A program made the position numbers and the translations under genes. A model generated the notes under the pieces. That model did no database searches and had not been told where the DNA came from. It was given only the letters and a program-made list of their open reading frames with translations. This document shows, one piece after another, positions 17,839 through 26,094 of a DNA stretch of 37,420 nucleotides (the stretch's first letter is position 1; every line of letters begins with the position of its first letter). The stretch is from NCBI GenBank assembly GCA_044229845.1, contig JBGASG010000020.1:1-37420 (forward strand). The letters run 5' to 3'. Source of the DNA: Candidatus Obscuribacteraceae bacterium (GTDB taxonomy: Bacteria > Cyanobacteriota > Vampirovibrionia > Obscuribacterales > Obscuribacteraceae).

Positions 17839-19488
17839 ATGTCTACCGCCGAGAGTCTGAAGAAGCTGCTCGACGAATTTAACGAGAAAGAGAACATGAT
17901 CTCCGAGGAGCGCAGCGCGGTCGAAGGACAGATTGCTGAGCTCGAGCAGCGTCTTGAAGAGTGCAACAAGCGTATGGGCGTCGTAGCGGAAGACAGAGCA
18001 AAGGTGCTGGCTTTCAAAGATCGCTACGGCAGTGACCACGGCTCGAATGGTGGCGGTGGCGCGGCTCTTGGGCTTTTGAAGAAACCGGAAAAAGACAACG
18101 CGGCCGAGCACACCGGCCCGGCAGAAACTTCAGAAGCCGCGGCAAAAGCTGTGGAAGCCAGCAGCCCGCCCCACATCGAACCGGTAAAACCCGACCGGCG
18201 CGGCATCTTCGCCAACAGCCGCCTGAACAAGCAGAATCAAGAAAAACCCGCCGAAGAGCCGAAACCGAAAGCTGAAGAGGCAAGCCCTCCCCGGACCATC
18301 GAACCCCCGACCGTCTCGGTCCCCGAGCGTACACCTGGTGCCTCTGCCGAAGCCAAAGTGGAGAGCCCGCCACCGGCTGCCTCGACGCCGGAACCGGCTC
18401 CCCAGCCTGAACCGGCGCCTGCGCCTCAGCCCGAACCGCCGCCGGCGCCACCAGCGCCACCAGCGCCGGTAGAGCCGACTCCGGCTCCGGTCGCGGAAGC
18501 CCCGCCACCACCGCCGCCTCCGCCGCCCATGCCAAAACCGGAAGTGCCGGCCTGGCTTTCTCAGCCACCGGGAGCGCACACAGCTGAAGTTTCCAGACCC
18601 GAGCCCCAGTCAGGCGGTATGTCCGCCGTAGAGCGGTTCTCGGCGCAATTTGCCAAAGATGCCGGGTCCGGACCGGCCGGGTGGAATGCCAACATGAACG
18701 CCGAGATGCCTGTTCCGCAGGTAGACCAGCCGGCCGCGGCTCCAGTCGCACCGCCGGTCGCTCCGACACCGCCCGCGGCTCCCAGCATACCGGCCGGCGG
18801 CATAAATAGCCTTCTGGCCGATTTGAGCTCGGATGAACCAGCCCCGGCCGCACAACCGGGTCCGAACACGGGCGAAGTGGCTCGCGGCGGCCTCAATTCT
18901 ATTTTGCGTCGTTCCTCCGGCTCGACCGGCGAGGTGCCGGTGCCCGAAACGGCTGCTACTCAGCAAGCCGTATTTGGCGAAAGCGGTGTTCCGGCGCCAG
19001 TGCCGGCGGGCAGCGAAGCTCCCGGTGCGGCTGCCATATTCGGCACGCCTCTGGGCGGCACCCCGGGACTGGGGACGCCACCGCAGCCGACACCACTACC
19101 ACAACCGGCAGCGCCACAACAACCGGCAGCGCCACAACCGGTGGCACCACAACCGGTGGCACCACAACCGGTGGCACCGCCGTCGCCCTGGGGCGAGGCT
19201 CCGGCGGGCGGACCGCCACAGCCGACAGGACCGCAAGGACCGCCGCAGCCGACGGGACCGCAGGGACCGCCGCAGCCGCGCGGACCACAGGCACCAGTCG
19301 CGCCACCAACCAACAACACGGGCGGTTGGACGCCGCCGACCGGACCGGCTCCTGATGCGCAAGCCGCTCAGGCTCAGCCCGCACAACCGGCCACCGTCGA
19401 TTTGAATGCTCAGGAAGGTCCCAAAGAAGAAGACGACGGCGACACCGTCAAAAACATCAACGACGCTCTGCGCAGTCTGTTCCGCTAG
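17839..19488 (+). CDS. Pro/Ala-rich, largely disordered protein with an N-terminal coiled coil and a short C-terminal helix
   Basis: AAGGAG SD before ATG 17839; heptad-like N-terminus; P-rich low complexity; ends DTVKNINDALRSLFR. Confidence 0.8.
   Translation: MSTAESLKKLLDEFNEKENMISEERSAVEGQIAELEQRLEECNKRMGVVAEDRAKVLAFKDRYGSDHGSNGGGGAALGLLKKPEKDNAAEHTGPAETSEAAAKAVEASSPPHIEPVKPDRRGIFANSRLNKQNQEKPAEEPKPKAEEASPPRTIEPPTVSVPERTPGASAEAKVESPPPAASTPEPAPQPEPAPAPQPEPPPAPPAPPAPVEPTPAPVAEAPPPPPPPPPMPKPEVPAWLSQPPGAHTAEVSRPEPQSGGMSAVERFSAQFAKDAGSGPAGWNANMNAEMPVPQVDQPAAAPVAPPVAPTPPAAPSIPAGGINSLLADLSSDEPAPAAQPGPNTGEVARGGLNSILRRSSGSTGEVPVPETAATQQAVFGESGVPAPVPAGSEAPGAAAIFGTPLGGTPGLGTPPQPTPLPQPAAPQQPAAPQPVAPQPVAPQPVAPPSPWGEAPAGGPPQPTGPQGPPQPTGPQGPPQPRGPQAPVAPPTNNTGGWTPPTGPAPDAQAAQAQPAQPATVDLNAQEGPKEEDDGDTVKNINDALRSLFR
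19132..19176 (+). repeat. Coding tandem repeat, 3 x 15 bp CCACAACCGGTGGCA (PQPVA)
   Basis: Three exact copies, preceded by two degenerate QPAAP-type copies. Confidence 0.9.
19210..19290 (+). repeat. Coding tandem repeat, 3 x 27 bp (GPPQP[T/R]GPQ)
   Basis: Three near-identical units, differing mostly at synonymous positions. Confidence 0.85.
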
Positions 19489-19577
19489 CTGATACAGCCG
19501 TCATAAAAGCGCCGCCTTCGTTTGCTACCATAACGGGCAAAGCTCAGTGCAGCCTTTGTTTTTGGGAATTGGAGAAA

Positions 19578-19790
19578 ATGAAGCAAGTAAACGCGATGAT
19601 GGCCGGCACCGTTGTAGAAGTGCTTGTGAAGCCTGGTGACGATGTGGCCGAAGGGCAAGATGTTGTTATCCTGGAATCTATGAAGATGCAACTGCCCGTG
19701 CAGTCGGAAATATCGGGCAAAGTCAAGGAAGTCAAAGTAGGCGCCGGTGACTTTGTCAACGAAGGCGACGCCGTCATCCTTCTGGACTGA
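19578..19790 (+). CDS. Stand-alone biotin carboxyl carrier protein, 70 aa
   Basis: ILESMKM biotinylation motif; GGAG SD. Confidence 0.92.
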   Translation: MKQVNAMMAGTVVEVLVKPGDDVAEGQDVVILESMKMQLPVQSEISGKVKEVKVGAGDFVNEGDAVILLD

Positions 19791-19799
19791 GACTGAATC

Positions 19800-20732
19800 A
19801 TGCTGGAAAAGGTGCCACCACAAGTCAAGGTCGTCGAGGTTGGACCTCGGGACGGACTGCAAAACGAAGCCCGCCAGGTGCCGACGGCGGAGAAGGTGCG
19901 CTTGATCGAAGCCCTTGGTGCTACCGGTTTGCAGCACATAGAACTGACGTCTTTTGTCAGCCCCAAATGGATCCCGCAACTGGCTGATGCCGCCGAAGTG
20001 GTGCGCACGGTCAAGCTACCGCCGGCGGTGACAACCTCGGCGCTGGTGCCCAACATGAAGGGGTATGAGTCAGCCAAGCAAGCCGGTCTTAAAGAGATCG
20101 CCGTTTTCATGTCGGCTACCGAATCGCACAGCAAAAAGAACATCAACAAATCCATCGACGAGGCCGTGCAGACGCTGAAAGAAGTCGTCGACACCGCCAA
20201 AGCTGATGGCATGCGCGTGCGCGGCTATCTCTCGGTGGTTTTTTACTGTCCGTACGAAGGCAAAACCGACCCCGGCAAAGTCGGACCACTGGTAGAAAGG
20301 CTCTTTGCTATGGGCATCGACGAGCTTTCACTGGGCGACACGATCGGCGCGGCCACTCCGGCGGAAGTCCTGGCCTTGCTGAAGAAACTCGAAGGGCAAG
20401 TGGATAAGAAACGGGTCGCGCTGCACTTCCACGACACGTTCGGAACGGCGCTATCGAATGTGGTGGCAGGACTGGACAGCGGCATCAGTGTATTCGATGC
20501 CAGTATCGGTGGTATGGGCGGCTGCCCCTACGCTCCTGGAGCGGCGGGCAACCTGGCTACCGAAGACCTGGTCTACATGCTGGAAGGCATGGGTGTCAAA
20601 ACCGGCATCGACCTGGATAAGCTGGTCGACTGCGGGCAACTGGCCGAAAGTATCATCGAACATAAGCTGCCGGGGCGTTGCCTGCAGGCGCGTCTGGCGC
20701 AGCGCGCCAAGCAGCTGGCTAAGACCAGCTAG
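19800..20732 (+). CDS. Hydroxymethylglutaryl-CoA lyase
   Basis: EVGPRDGLQNE, SLGDTIG, LHFHDT, GGCPYAPGAAGNLATED motifs. Confidence 0.95.
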   Translation: MLEKVPPQVKVVEVGPRDGLQNEARQVPTAEKVRLIEALGATGLQHIELTSFVSPKWIPQLADAAEVVRTVKLPPAVTTSALVPNMKGYESAKQAGLKEIAVFMSATESHSKKNINKSIDEAVQTLKEVVDTAKADGMRVRGYLSVVFYCPYEGKTDPGKVGPLVERLFAMGIDELSLGDTIGAATPAEVLALLKKLEGQVDKKRVALHFHDTFGTALSNVVAGLDSGISVFDASIGGMGGCPYAPGAAGNLATEDLVYMLEGMGVKTGIDLDKLVDCGQLAESIIEHKLPGRCLQARLAQRAKQLAKTS

Positions 20733-20756
20733 GTAAGACCAGCTAGGTAAGACCAG
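20720..20756 (+). repeat. 14-bp tandem repeat TAAGACCAGCTAGG, about 2.6 copies, spanning the HMG-CoA lyase stop codon
   Basis: Copies at 20720, 20734 and a partial copy at 20748. Confidence 0.9.
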
Positions 20757-20792
20757 GGTCCCGGGTTTTGACAGACGAAGGCAATAGCGAAT

Positions 20793-21614
20793 ATGACAGG
20801 AACGAGTGTTATGACAGAAGTGCTGCTTGTTGAACGCGAGGGTCCGATCACCTGGTTCAAGCTCAATCGCCCGAAGGTGCTGAACTGCCTCAATCGCGAG
20901 TTGCTGCGGGCGCTGATGAAAGCCTGCGAGGAAGCCGCCCAGGACAAATCGACGCGCGTTGTGATTATCACCGGCGCCGGCTCTAAAGTGTTTTGTGCCG
21001 GCGCTGATCTTGCCGAGCGCAAAGGTATGACGGAAGGCGAAGTGCTGGATTACCTGGTATTGATTCAGCGAACTATGTTGGCCATCGAGCAATTGCCCAA
21101 GCCGGTGATCGCGGCCATCAATGGGTCGGCGTTCGGCGGCGGCACTGAGCTGGCGCTCTCTTGCGACTTGCGCATGATGACCGAAGACGCGTCGTTGCGT
21201 TTGACCGAAGTCAAGCTCGGTATCATCCCTGGTGCCGGCGGTACTCAACGTTTGCCGCGCCTGATTGGCAAGTCGCGGGCGAAGGAGTTGATTCTCACGG
21301 CTCGCCCGTTGCCGGCGGCTGAAGGACACAACATCGGTTTGGTGCACAAAGTGGTGCCGGCTGGCGACAAAGATGCGCCGTGGCATACTGAACTTCTGGA
21401 TCAGGCGCGTGCCTGGGCCAAAGAAATCGCCACTGCGGCACCTCTGTCGCTCAAGCAAGCCAAATTTGCCATAGACAACGGCAGTGATCGCGATCTGACT
21501 GCCGGACTGGCACTGGAGACGCGGGCTTATATTGAATTGGTCAACACCAAGGACCGCCTGGAAGGGCTGGCAGCTTTCGCCGAGAAGCGCGACCCTGTCT
21601 ATACTGGTGAGTAA
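20793..21614 (+). CDS. Enoyl-CoA hydratase/isomerase (methylglutaconyl-CoA hydratase-like)
   Basis: LNRP, FCAGADL, GGGTELALSCD, TEVKLGIIPGAGGTQRLPRLIG motifs. The start may be ATG 20811. Confidence 0.93.
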   Translation: MTGTSVMTEVLLVEREGPITWFKLNRPKVLNCLNRELLRALMKACEEAAQDKSTRVVIITGAGSKVFCAGADLAERKGMTEGEVLDYLVLIQRTMLAIEQLPKPVIAAINGSAFGGGTELALSCDLRMMTEDASLRLTEVKLGIIPGAGGTQRLPRLIGKSRAKELILTARPLPAAEGHNIGLVHKVVPAGDKDAPWHTELLDQARAWAKEIATAAPLSLKQAKFAIDNGSDRDLTAGLALETRAYIELVNTKDRLEGLAAFAEKRDPVYTGE

Positions 21615-22243
21615 TGACTGTACAAGCCTCATCAGCAATTATTGAAACGGTGTCGCGGGAGACGCTGCCACTGCCGGTTACAGGCTTACTGCTTTGCGGC
21701 GGCAAGAGCCGTCGCATGGGTTCGCCGAAGTCGCTTTTGCCCTTTGAGAATTCAACATTCGTGGAGCACCGCCTGCAATCTTTGCGGCAACTGTTTCCAG
21801 AAGTGCTGATCGTGGCCAACTCACCGGGTGAGTACGATGCTTTTGGAGCGGCCGTCGTCAAAGACATCATTCCCGACCGCGGTCCCCTGGTCGGCATTCT
21901 GTCGGGGCTTCTGGTCAGCCGACATGAATATTGCTTTGTCATCGCATGCGACATGCCGCTGGTCGACAACAGGTTGATTCGCCGGCTCTGCGCCATGCGC
22001 AGGGAAAATGACGCCGATGCTGTGGTAGTCAGGCACGAGCAAGTACTGGAGCCGCTCCTGGCGGTTTATTCCCGTCGAGTAATCGAGCGCCTGGAAGATT
22101 ACATCTTCTCCGGTCAATCGCGCGTGCAAGACTTTCTGGCGACGATCAATTGTGCTTACTTCGACCTGCCGCCGCATGGTGACGGGCTGCCGGTCTACTT
22201 CAATGTCAACACACCCACTGACTATGCTCGCGTCATCGAGTAA
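21614..22243 (+). CDS. mobA: Molybdenum cofactor guanylyltransferase
   Basis: LLCGGKSRRMGSPK, GPLVGI, ACDMP, EPLLAVY, FNVNTP motifs. Confidence 0.9.
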   Translation: MTVQASSAIIETVSRETLPLPVTGLLLCGGKSRRMGSPKSLLPFENSTFVEHRLQSLRQLFPEVLIVANSPGEYDAFGAAVVKDIIPDRGPLVGILSGLLVSRHEYCFVIACDMPLVDNRLIRRLCAMRRENDADAVVVRHEQVLEPLLAVYSRRVIERLEDYIFSGQSRVQDFLATINCAYFDLPPHGDGLPVYFNVNTPTDYARVIE

Positions 22244-22249
22244 GTTTCT

Positions 22250-23452
22250 TCAGTGAAACTGCAGCGGCATCCACGGTGGGCAAAACGGGATGAGAAACAT
22301 GGCGGCCATGCCGCCCAGCGCCAGCGCCGGTCCAAACGGAAACGGCTTGGAGACGCGGGTGCCGATGGTCACCGTGCCGATCAATGCACCGGTGAACGCA
22401 CCCAGTCCCACCAGAGGCAGGCAAGCAAGCAGTGGAGCGCCGGCGGCAGTCGCTTGATTGCCGCCCACCAGCAAAATCAAGGCGGCGGCGATGGCGCCGA
22501 ATGCGGTGCCGCCGATGGCCGCGAACAAAGCCGCGCGGCGTGCGCAGGCACCAAGCAATCCGGCTTTTTTCATTTCGCCGATCAGAAATACCAAGCCCAT
22601 AGCGGTGCCGACGATGAAACCCAGGAACAGTGCGACGATCAATAGTTGCCATCCCAGATAGGCCGACATGACTGCCGAGAGAACGGCGTCGCCGCCGCCC
22701 ATTACTTCCAGCGGCTCTTCGCCGTGCGACTGGGCCGGCGTGTATTCATCTAAAGCATCTTCTGCTTCGGTATCCAGCTCGGCGTCATCGGAACCGTGCA
22801 TTTTTTGATAGAGCTGCAGTCCATAGAAAGCCAGAAAATCAAAGAGCATGTAACTGGCGCCGATGCCGGCCATGGCGCCCAGCAGGTCGCCGCGCCAGCC
22901 GCTAAACACAATACCGAGGATCATAGACGGGTAGGTGATTTCGTGCGGTATCAGTTTTTCTTTGAAGTCGGTGACAGTGACCGCGATTAAAGTGCAAGCA
23001 AACAGCGTCAGCCCGATGGTCAATCCGATGCGGGTTTCCAGCGGCAGATAGTTGGCGTGCACGTGCTCGGTCTGCAAAGCGGTGGCAATTTGCACCCACA
23101 GCCCTCCGGTGACGGACGGGTCGTATGGAATTTGATTGGTGAGAAACAGGCGTTCGATGGCGACGAAGATGACAGCCGTCAAAAACTCGACCAGCGGATA
23201 TTGCCTTGAGATTCTGGTGCCGCAATAACGACATTTACCCTGCAGTAGCACATAAGAAAGGACGGGAATCGTATCCAGCAGATTCAATGTGTGGCGGCAC
23301 TGAGGGCAATGTGAAGCCGGCCAGAAAGTGGACTCTCCTTTCAGCGAACGCAATGCCAGCACGTTCAAGAAGCTGCCAAAATTCAGCCCCAGCACAAATG
23401 CCACCAGATCGATGATCGGTGCCGGCAACTGCTGAAATACTTCCGCTGACAT
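22250..23452 (-). CDS. pilD: Type IV prepilin peptidase/methyltransferase (A24A) with insertions
   Basis: GSFLNV, CPQC and CRYC Zn pairs, catalytic Asp in TDFKEKLIP and MGGGD, C-terminal PFGPALALG. Confidence 0.92.
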   Translation of the reverse strand: MSAEVFQQLPAPIIDLVAFVLGLNFGSFLNVLALRSLKGESTFWPASHCPQCRHTLNLLDTIPVLSYVLLQGKCRYCGTRISRQYPLVEFLTAVIFVAIERLFLTNQIPYDPSVTGGLWVQIATALQTEHVHANYLPLETRIGLTIGLTLFACTLIAVTVTDFKEKLIPHEITYPSMILGIVFSGWRGDLLGAMAGIGASYMLFDFLAFYGLQLYQKMHGSDDAELDTEAEDALDEYTPAQSHGEEPLEVMGGGDAVLSAVMSAYLGWQLLIVALFLGFIVGTAMGLVFLIGEMKKAGLLGACARRAALFAAIGGTAFGAIAAALILLVGGNQATAAGAPLLACLPLVGLGAFTGALIGTVTIGTRVSKPFPFGPALALGGMAAMFLIPFCPPWMPLQFH

Positions 23453-24288
23453 TAGTTGAACTCTCGACGCTCGACGATGTACGTTCCGGCGCTCAGCAAT
23501 AAAAGAATGTACCCGAAAAGATAGGTCAGCACCATAGGTAGTGCGGGTCCGGCAGTCGGTTGGAACGGCAGCCGTACGCCTTCCAGCTGGGCATGACGGG
23601 CAAGCTCGTAAGCGCGCATTAATTCCTCTTGTGCTCTAGAGAATGCTGATAAATCGGGGAGCAGCAGATAGACAGCCTGGGTAAAGGCCGTGGCGGTTGA
23701 GCTGGTTGACATCTGCGCAAGTCCCAGCATTGAGGAGGAGCAGTGCGCGATCGCCCAGAAACAGAGGGCGAAGAGCACGCTGGAGAGTGGGCTGTTGAAG
23801 GTGGAAAGGAACAGGGACAGAGCCAGGACCAGCAGTTCTTCCAGGTAGATCAAAATCAGCGAATAAACAATTGCCTTGAACAGCAAGTTTGCTGCTATTT
23901 GATCCGGCAACAGCAAGTAGATGATAGTGCAGAAGAAGGCTCCCATCAGCGCAGTTGCCAGAGCCAGGCAGGCGGACAAGCCAAGGAACTTACCGGCGAT
24001 CAAGTGCCAGCGGGGCAGCGGTTTCGTGAATATAAGATCGATGGTGCCCATTTCGATTTCGCGATGGAAGAGGCTGGTGCCCAGGAAAATGGCGATGATA
24101 CCGCCGACAGTGCCGATGGCAAACAGTCCGAGGTCGACCGGGATGCGCACGTTTTGGGCAATCGAGAGGCTGCCCAAAATCCAGCCGCCCAGGACTGCCA
24201 GGCAAGCCATAAAGAGCAGCACGGTGACAAGCCGTTCGGAGAACGCCTCGCGCATGGTATTAAGTGCTATGGCGGCCAGACTGAGCAT
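23452..24288 (-). CDS. ABC-2 type permease (PilI-like)
   Basis: IALNTMREAF and REIEMGTIDLIFTKPLPRWHLIAGKFLG motifs; about 6 TM helices. Confidence 0.85.
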   Translation of the reverse strand: MLSLAAIALNTMREAFSERLVTVLLFMACLAVLGGWILGSLSIAQNVRIPVDLGLFAIGTVGGIIAIFLGTSLFHREIEMGTIDLIFTKPLPRWHLIAGKFLGLSACLALATALMGAFFCTIIYLLLPDQIAANLLFKAIVYSLILIYLEELLVLALSLFLSTFNSPLSSVLFALCFWAIAHCSSSMLGLAQMSTSSTATAFTQAVYLLLPDLSAFSRAQEELMRAYELARHAQLEGVRLPFQPTAGPALPMVLTYLFGYILLLLSAGTYIVERREFN

Positions 24289-25054
24289 GAGCTATCCGTT
24301 CCATGAAAAACTCTTCCAGACGGCGGTGGTTGCCATCCGGGCTGATTTCTTTGGTTGCCGCTTCCGCCGCCAATTTTCCGTCGTGCAGGATGGCAATGCG
24401 ATCGCACAACTCGCTGACATCCGGCAAGAGATGAGAGTTGAGAAGAATGGTGGTGCCTTTTTGTTTGAGCTGTTGCAGTATCCGACGCATGTCGCGCCTG
24501 CCGACCGGGTCAAGTCCGGAGTTGGGTTCGTCGAGAAACAGAACCGGCGGGTCGTTTAGAAGACACTGGGCGAGCGCCAGTCGTTGCACCATGCCCTTGG
24601 AAAACGCGCCGACTGGTTTGTCGCCGGTGTCACCAAGCGACATGCTGCCGAGCAACTCATCGATCCGCTGTCGGCGTTTCTCACTGGAGAAGTTCAAGAG
24701 GCGCGCGAAAAAGTCGAGAGTCTGGTGAGCGGTTAAGTGTGGGTAGAAGCGCGGGTTCTCAGGCAGATAGCCAATTTGGCTCAAGGCCTTTAGATCGCCT
24801 GGTGGCAGGCCGAGTGTGGTGCAGGTGCCGCTGGTTGGCTTGATTAACCCCAGCAGTAATTTGATGCAAGTGGTTTTGCCGGCGCCGTTGACGCCCAAAA
24901 GGCCGAAGATTTCGCCGGCTCGCACTTGCAAGCTCAGTCCGTCCAGGGCGCGCGTACGCTGTGCCTGGCTGGACCGCTTATCCGGGATTGACCTGGACCG
25001 GCGGCAGTGATCTTTGACCAGATCGATCGTCTGAATTACCGATCCGGCCGTCAT
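24260..25054 (-). CDS. ABC transporter ATP-binding protein (PilH-like)
   Basis: GVNGAGKT, GYLPENP, FSKGMVQR, LFLDEP and H-loop (NSH). Start set at ATG 25054. Confidence 0.92.
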   Translation of the reverse strand: MTAGSVIQTIDLVKDHCRRSRSIPDKRSSQAQRTRALDGLSLQVRAGEIFGLLGVNGAGKTTCIKLLLGLIKPTSGTCTTLGLPPGDLKALSQIGYLPENPRFYPHLTAHQTLDFFARLLNFSSEKRRQRIDELLGSMSLGDTGDKPVGAFSKGMVQRLALAQCLLNDPPVLFLDEPNSGLDPVGRRDMRRILQQLKQKGTTILLNSHLLPDVSELCDRIAILHDGKLAAEAATKEISPDGNHRRLEEFFMERIAHAQSGRHST

Positions 25055-25058
25055 TACT

Positions 25059-25910
25059 TTAGTCGTAACGGGTCTTCTGTTGCGCAGCGGCTTGCGCCTT
25101 CTTAGTCTGCGTGATGATCTTGTAGAGCTCAGCAGTGGCGGCACGCAAACGGCGAGAAACCTGCATCTGCGAGATGCCCAATCGGCGCGCTACTTCAGTT
25201 TGACTGAGATCTTCGTAGAAGGTCAGTTGCACCACTTCTCGCAGTCCATCGCGCAATTGCTTGATGGCTTCGGCAAGCATGAACCGATCTTCTTTGGCGG
25301 TCTGATTGGTTTGATAGCGACCGTCGATCAAAGTATCGATCAACGACTGTTCGCTGCCGGCATCATTGGAAAGCGCCTGGTCGAGCGAGATCAGCGTGCG
25401 CCGACGATCTACTTCGTAGGCTTCATTGACGCGGCTGACAGGAATTTGCAATTCGGTGGCGATTTCGATGTCCGAAGGCTCGCGACCGAGGCGGGCGGTA
25501 AGGCTTTGCACCAGGCGATTGATGCGGAACGAAAGTTCTTGCAATTCACGCGGAGCGCGAATCATCGCCGTCTTGTCGCGCAAGTAGTGGCGGATTTCGC
25601 CTGTAATCAGGTGAGTCGCGTAAGTCTGGAACTTGGCGCCGGCATCCGGCTTGAACTGATCGACAGCTTTGATCAATCCGATCGAACCGACCTGGATCAG
25701 ATCTTCGACAGGGTCGGTAGAACGGCGTGCCAGACCATACGCAATGCGTTTGACCAGAGGCAACGACGCCTGAATAATCTGGTCGCGCAATGAAGGGTCG
25801 CGGGACTGCGCATACTGGAGGAGCCAACGATGAATTTGATCTTGTCCCTTATCGGCTGACGCCGCCTTGGAACTCGCACCGGTTTTGAGAGACGCTGATT
25901 TCGCTTGCAC
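25059..25910 (-). CDS. sigF: SigB/SigF/SigG-family (group 3) sigma factor, cyanobacterial SigF-like
   Basis: EDLIQVGSIGLIKAVDQF, GEIRHYLRDK, LGREPS and LSQTEVARRLGISQMQVSR motifs; GTG start. Confidence 0.88.
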   Translation of the reverse strand: MQAKSASLKTGASSKAASADKGQDQIHRWLLQYAQSRDPSLRDQIIQASLPLVKRIAYGLARRSTDPVEDLIQVGSIGLIKAVDQFKPDAGAKFQTYATHLITGEIRHYLRDKTAMIRAPRELQELSFRINRLVQSLTARLGREPSDIEIATELQIPVSRVNEAYEVDRRRTLISLDQALSNDAGSEQSLIDTLIDGRYQTNQTAKEDRFMLAEAIKQLRDGLREVVQLTFYEDLSQTEVARRLGISQMQVSRRLRAATAELYKIITQTKKAQAAAQQKTRYD

Positions 25911-26017
25911 GCCTGTGTACTTCTATGTGATTACTAACGGAACCTAATCTATTGTAGTCCGCTATTTTATTTTGTACAAACCAGGGAACAAAATTCCGCC
26001 TGGGAGCGGGCATTTTC

Positions 26018-26046
26018 TTTCCCTGCACGGGGCGAAGTCGGAACCT
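26018..26046 (-). promoter_or_regulatory. Candidate SigB/F-type promoter AGGTTC-N17-GGGAAA upstream of sigF
   Basis: Minus strand reads AGGTTC cgacttcgccccgtgca GGGAAA. Confidence 0.3.
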
Positions 26047-26094
26047 GTACCCGTGTGGCGCCAATTCTACAGCATTTTTGAATTGTGAAGAAGA

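Noticed and set aside
19099..19290. Repeats resembling a CRISPR array or collagen
   Set aside because: The units are codon multiples inside an ORF, with no unique spacers and no cas genes; Gly is not at every third residue.
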